Below, one piece after another: positions 7,760 through 8,581 of a stretch of DNA of 8,581 nt (positions within the stretch are counted from its first letter, which is position 1; the number at the start of each line of letters is the position of its first letter). Origin of the DNA: Candidatus Heimdallarchaeota archaeon (lineage in GTDB: Archaea > Asgardarchaeota > Heimdallarchaeia > Hodarchaeales > S146-22); assembly GCA_015520535.1 (NCBI GenBank), contig WAPZ01000684.1, positions 1 to 8,581 on the forward strand, in the 5' to 3' direction. The translations under genes and the position numbers were made by a program. The notes beneath the pieces are model-generated. The model was given only the letters and a program-made list of their open reading frames with translations, searched no databases and had not been told where the DNA came from.

Positions 7760-8434
7760 ATACTCCGCTTCTCTTTTGGTGGACTTTTATTTCTTTTATT
7801 TTTCCCAATCGAATTAATCTAACCGTCAAACCGCCCAATCTTTGCATAATAATAATTAACACATTTGATGTTCAATATTTTTCAACATTTTATTCAAAGA
7901 AGCATGTTTTATCCTTTATCTCTTCCTAACGCAGACAATAAAAAAGTATTTTGCCTAAAGTCTCGTTTACATTTTGCAATACCATGCAAACGATAAAAAC
8001 AAGATAGATAAAATATTCTCCTCAATCTGCTGGCACACATTCCTTTGTAACTATCGTTAATAAGGCATTAACTGAAAATGACCACTGCCACACTCATTTA
8101 AACCTTTCAAACAGCCATATAAATTTTTTTCTTTAAGATGCAGACGGGTTTTTTCCGCTATTTTCTCACTCTTTCGTTTTGAAATTAGTAAAAATTACAA
8201 AATTTTATGAATTTTTAATTGTATCGTTTGTGTCGGTGAAAATAAAAAAAACTGTAAAAAAGTAGAATTCAATCTTCATCGCATGTGCAAAAAACAAAGC
8301 AAATTGAAATATGAAATGCAAGTATGAGAGGTGCGGGAAAAAAGAAAACTCATTATTTTTGTGATTTTTTTGTCATAAGTGCTTCTCTTCAATGTATAAA
8401 AAAGAAAATAAGAGGAGAATAATGTTATACAGCA

Positions 8435-8581
8435 CTAAGGGGTAGCCATTGGCTTTTCCAAAACCGCGTCAACACTTTTATTGACAATTTGATCCAGGGC
8501 TGTATCTAGAATTTGATTAAAGGTCTCTTCGTTGAGCCAGTTTTCTGTTTTTGAGAAGAATTTTTCTACTTGTGGATCGAA
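8435..8581 (-). CDS. C-terminal fragment of a protein of unknown function, truncated by window edge
   Basis: Open - strand frame from the window edge to TAG (8437-8435): ...DPQVEKFFSKTENWLNEETFNQILDTALDQIVNKSVDAVLEKPMATP*. The composition is protein-like with helical periodicity, but there are only about 48 codons and no recognised motif. Confidence 0.5.
   Translation of the reverse strand, partial: FDPQVEKFFSKTENWLNEETFNQILDTALDQIVNKSVDAVLEKPMATP

Noticed and set aside
7490-7929. + strand ORFs at 7490-7738 and 7735-7929
   Set aside because: The first is antisense to the conserved rpoA N-terminus. The second spans the rpoA start and AT-rich intergenic sequence, with a composition typical of random open frame.
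8311-8364. Tiny + ORF MKCKYERCGKKENSLFL with a Cys pair
   Set aside because: Only 17 codons with no Shine-Dalgarno and AT-rich surroundings, so chance cannot be excluded.
7860-8434. Looked for CRISPR, tRNA or strong terminal inverted repeats
   Set aside because: By eye I found no regularly spaced direct repeats, no cloverleaf/T-loop GTTCRANNC with matching acceptor stem, and no long inverted repeats. Only short AT-rich near-repeats are present.
8393-8445. TATAAAAA followed by AGAGGAG and ATG (8422) on +
   Set aside because: It looks like promoter plus Shine-Dalgarno, but the ORF ends after 7 codons (MLYSTKG*) and runs into the opposite-strand coding end. Purine-rich sequence makes chance matches likely.

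Overview
Archaeal-looking chromosomal window, possibly from a lineage with an unsplit RNA polymerase subunit A. Four protein-coding features can be supported. (1) A tandem winged-helix regulator on + (best start GTG at 65, ends 751). (2) A Clp1/Grc3-type polynucleotide 5'-hydroxyl kinase-like P-loop protein on + (787-1992). (3) A 5.7 kb - strand gene (2036-7747) for a single-chain RNA polymerase subunit A (A' and A'' in one ORF). It is interrupted by a 545-aa in-frame intein (3197-4831) placed in the trigger-loop/trigger-helix motif GEPGTQM^TLKTFHYAG. (4) The C-terminal end of a truncated - strand ORF at the right edge (8435-8581). The most notable observations are the intein in the catalytic trigger loop, its LAGLIDADG domain with both expected catalytic acidic positions substituted (LLNG and DLAG), a long low-complexity linker inside the intein, and a 59-residue C-terminal tail with 34 D/E residues on the polymerase subunit. 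A 687-bp AT-rich region upstream of rpoA has no convincing ORF. I see no CRISPR array, rRNA, tRNA or clear defence system.
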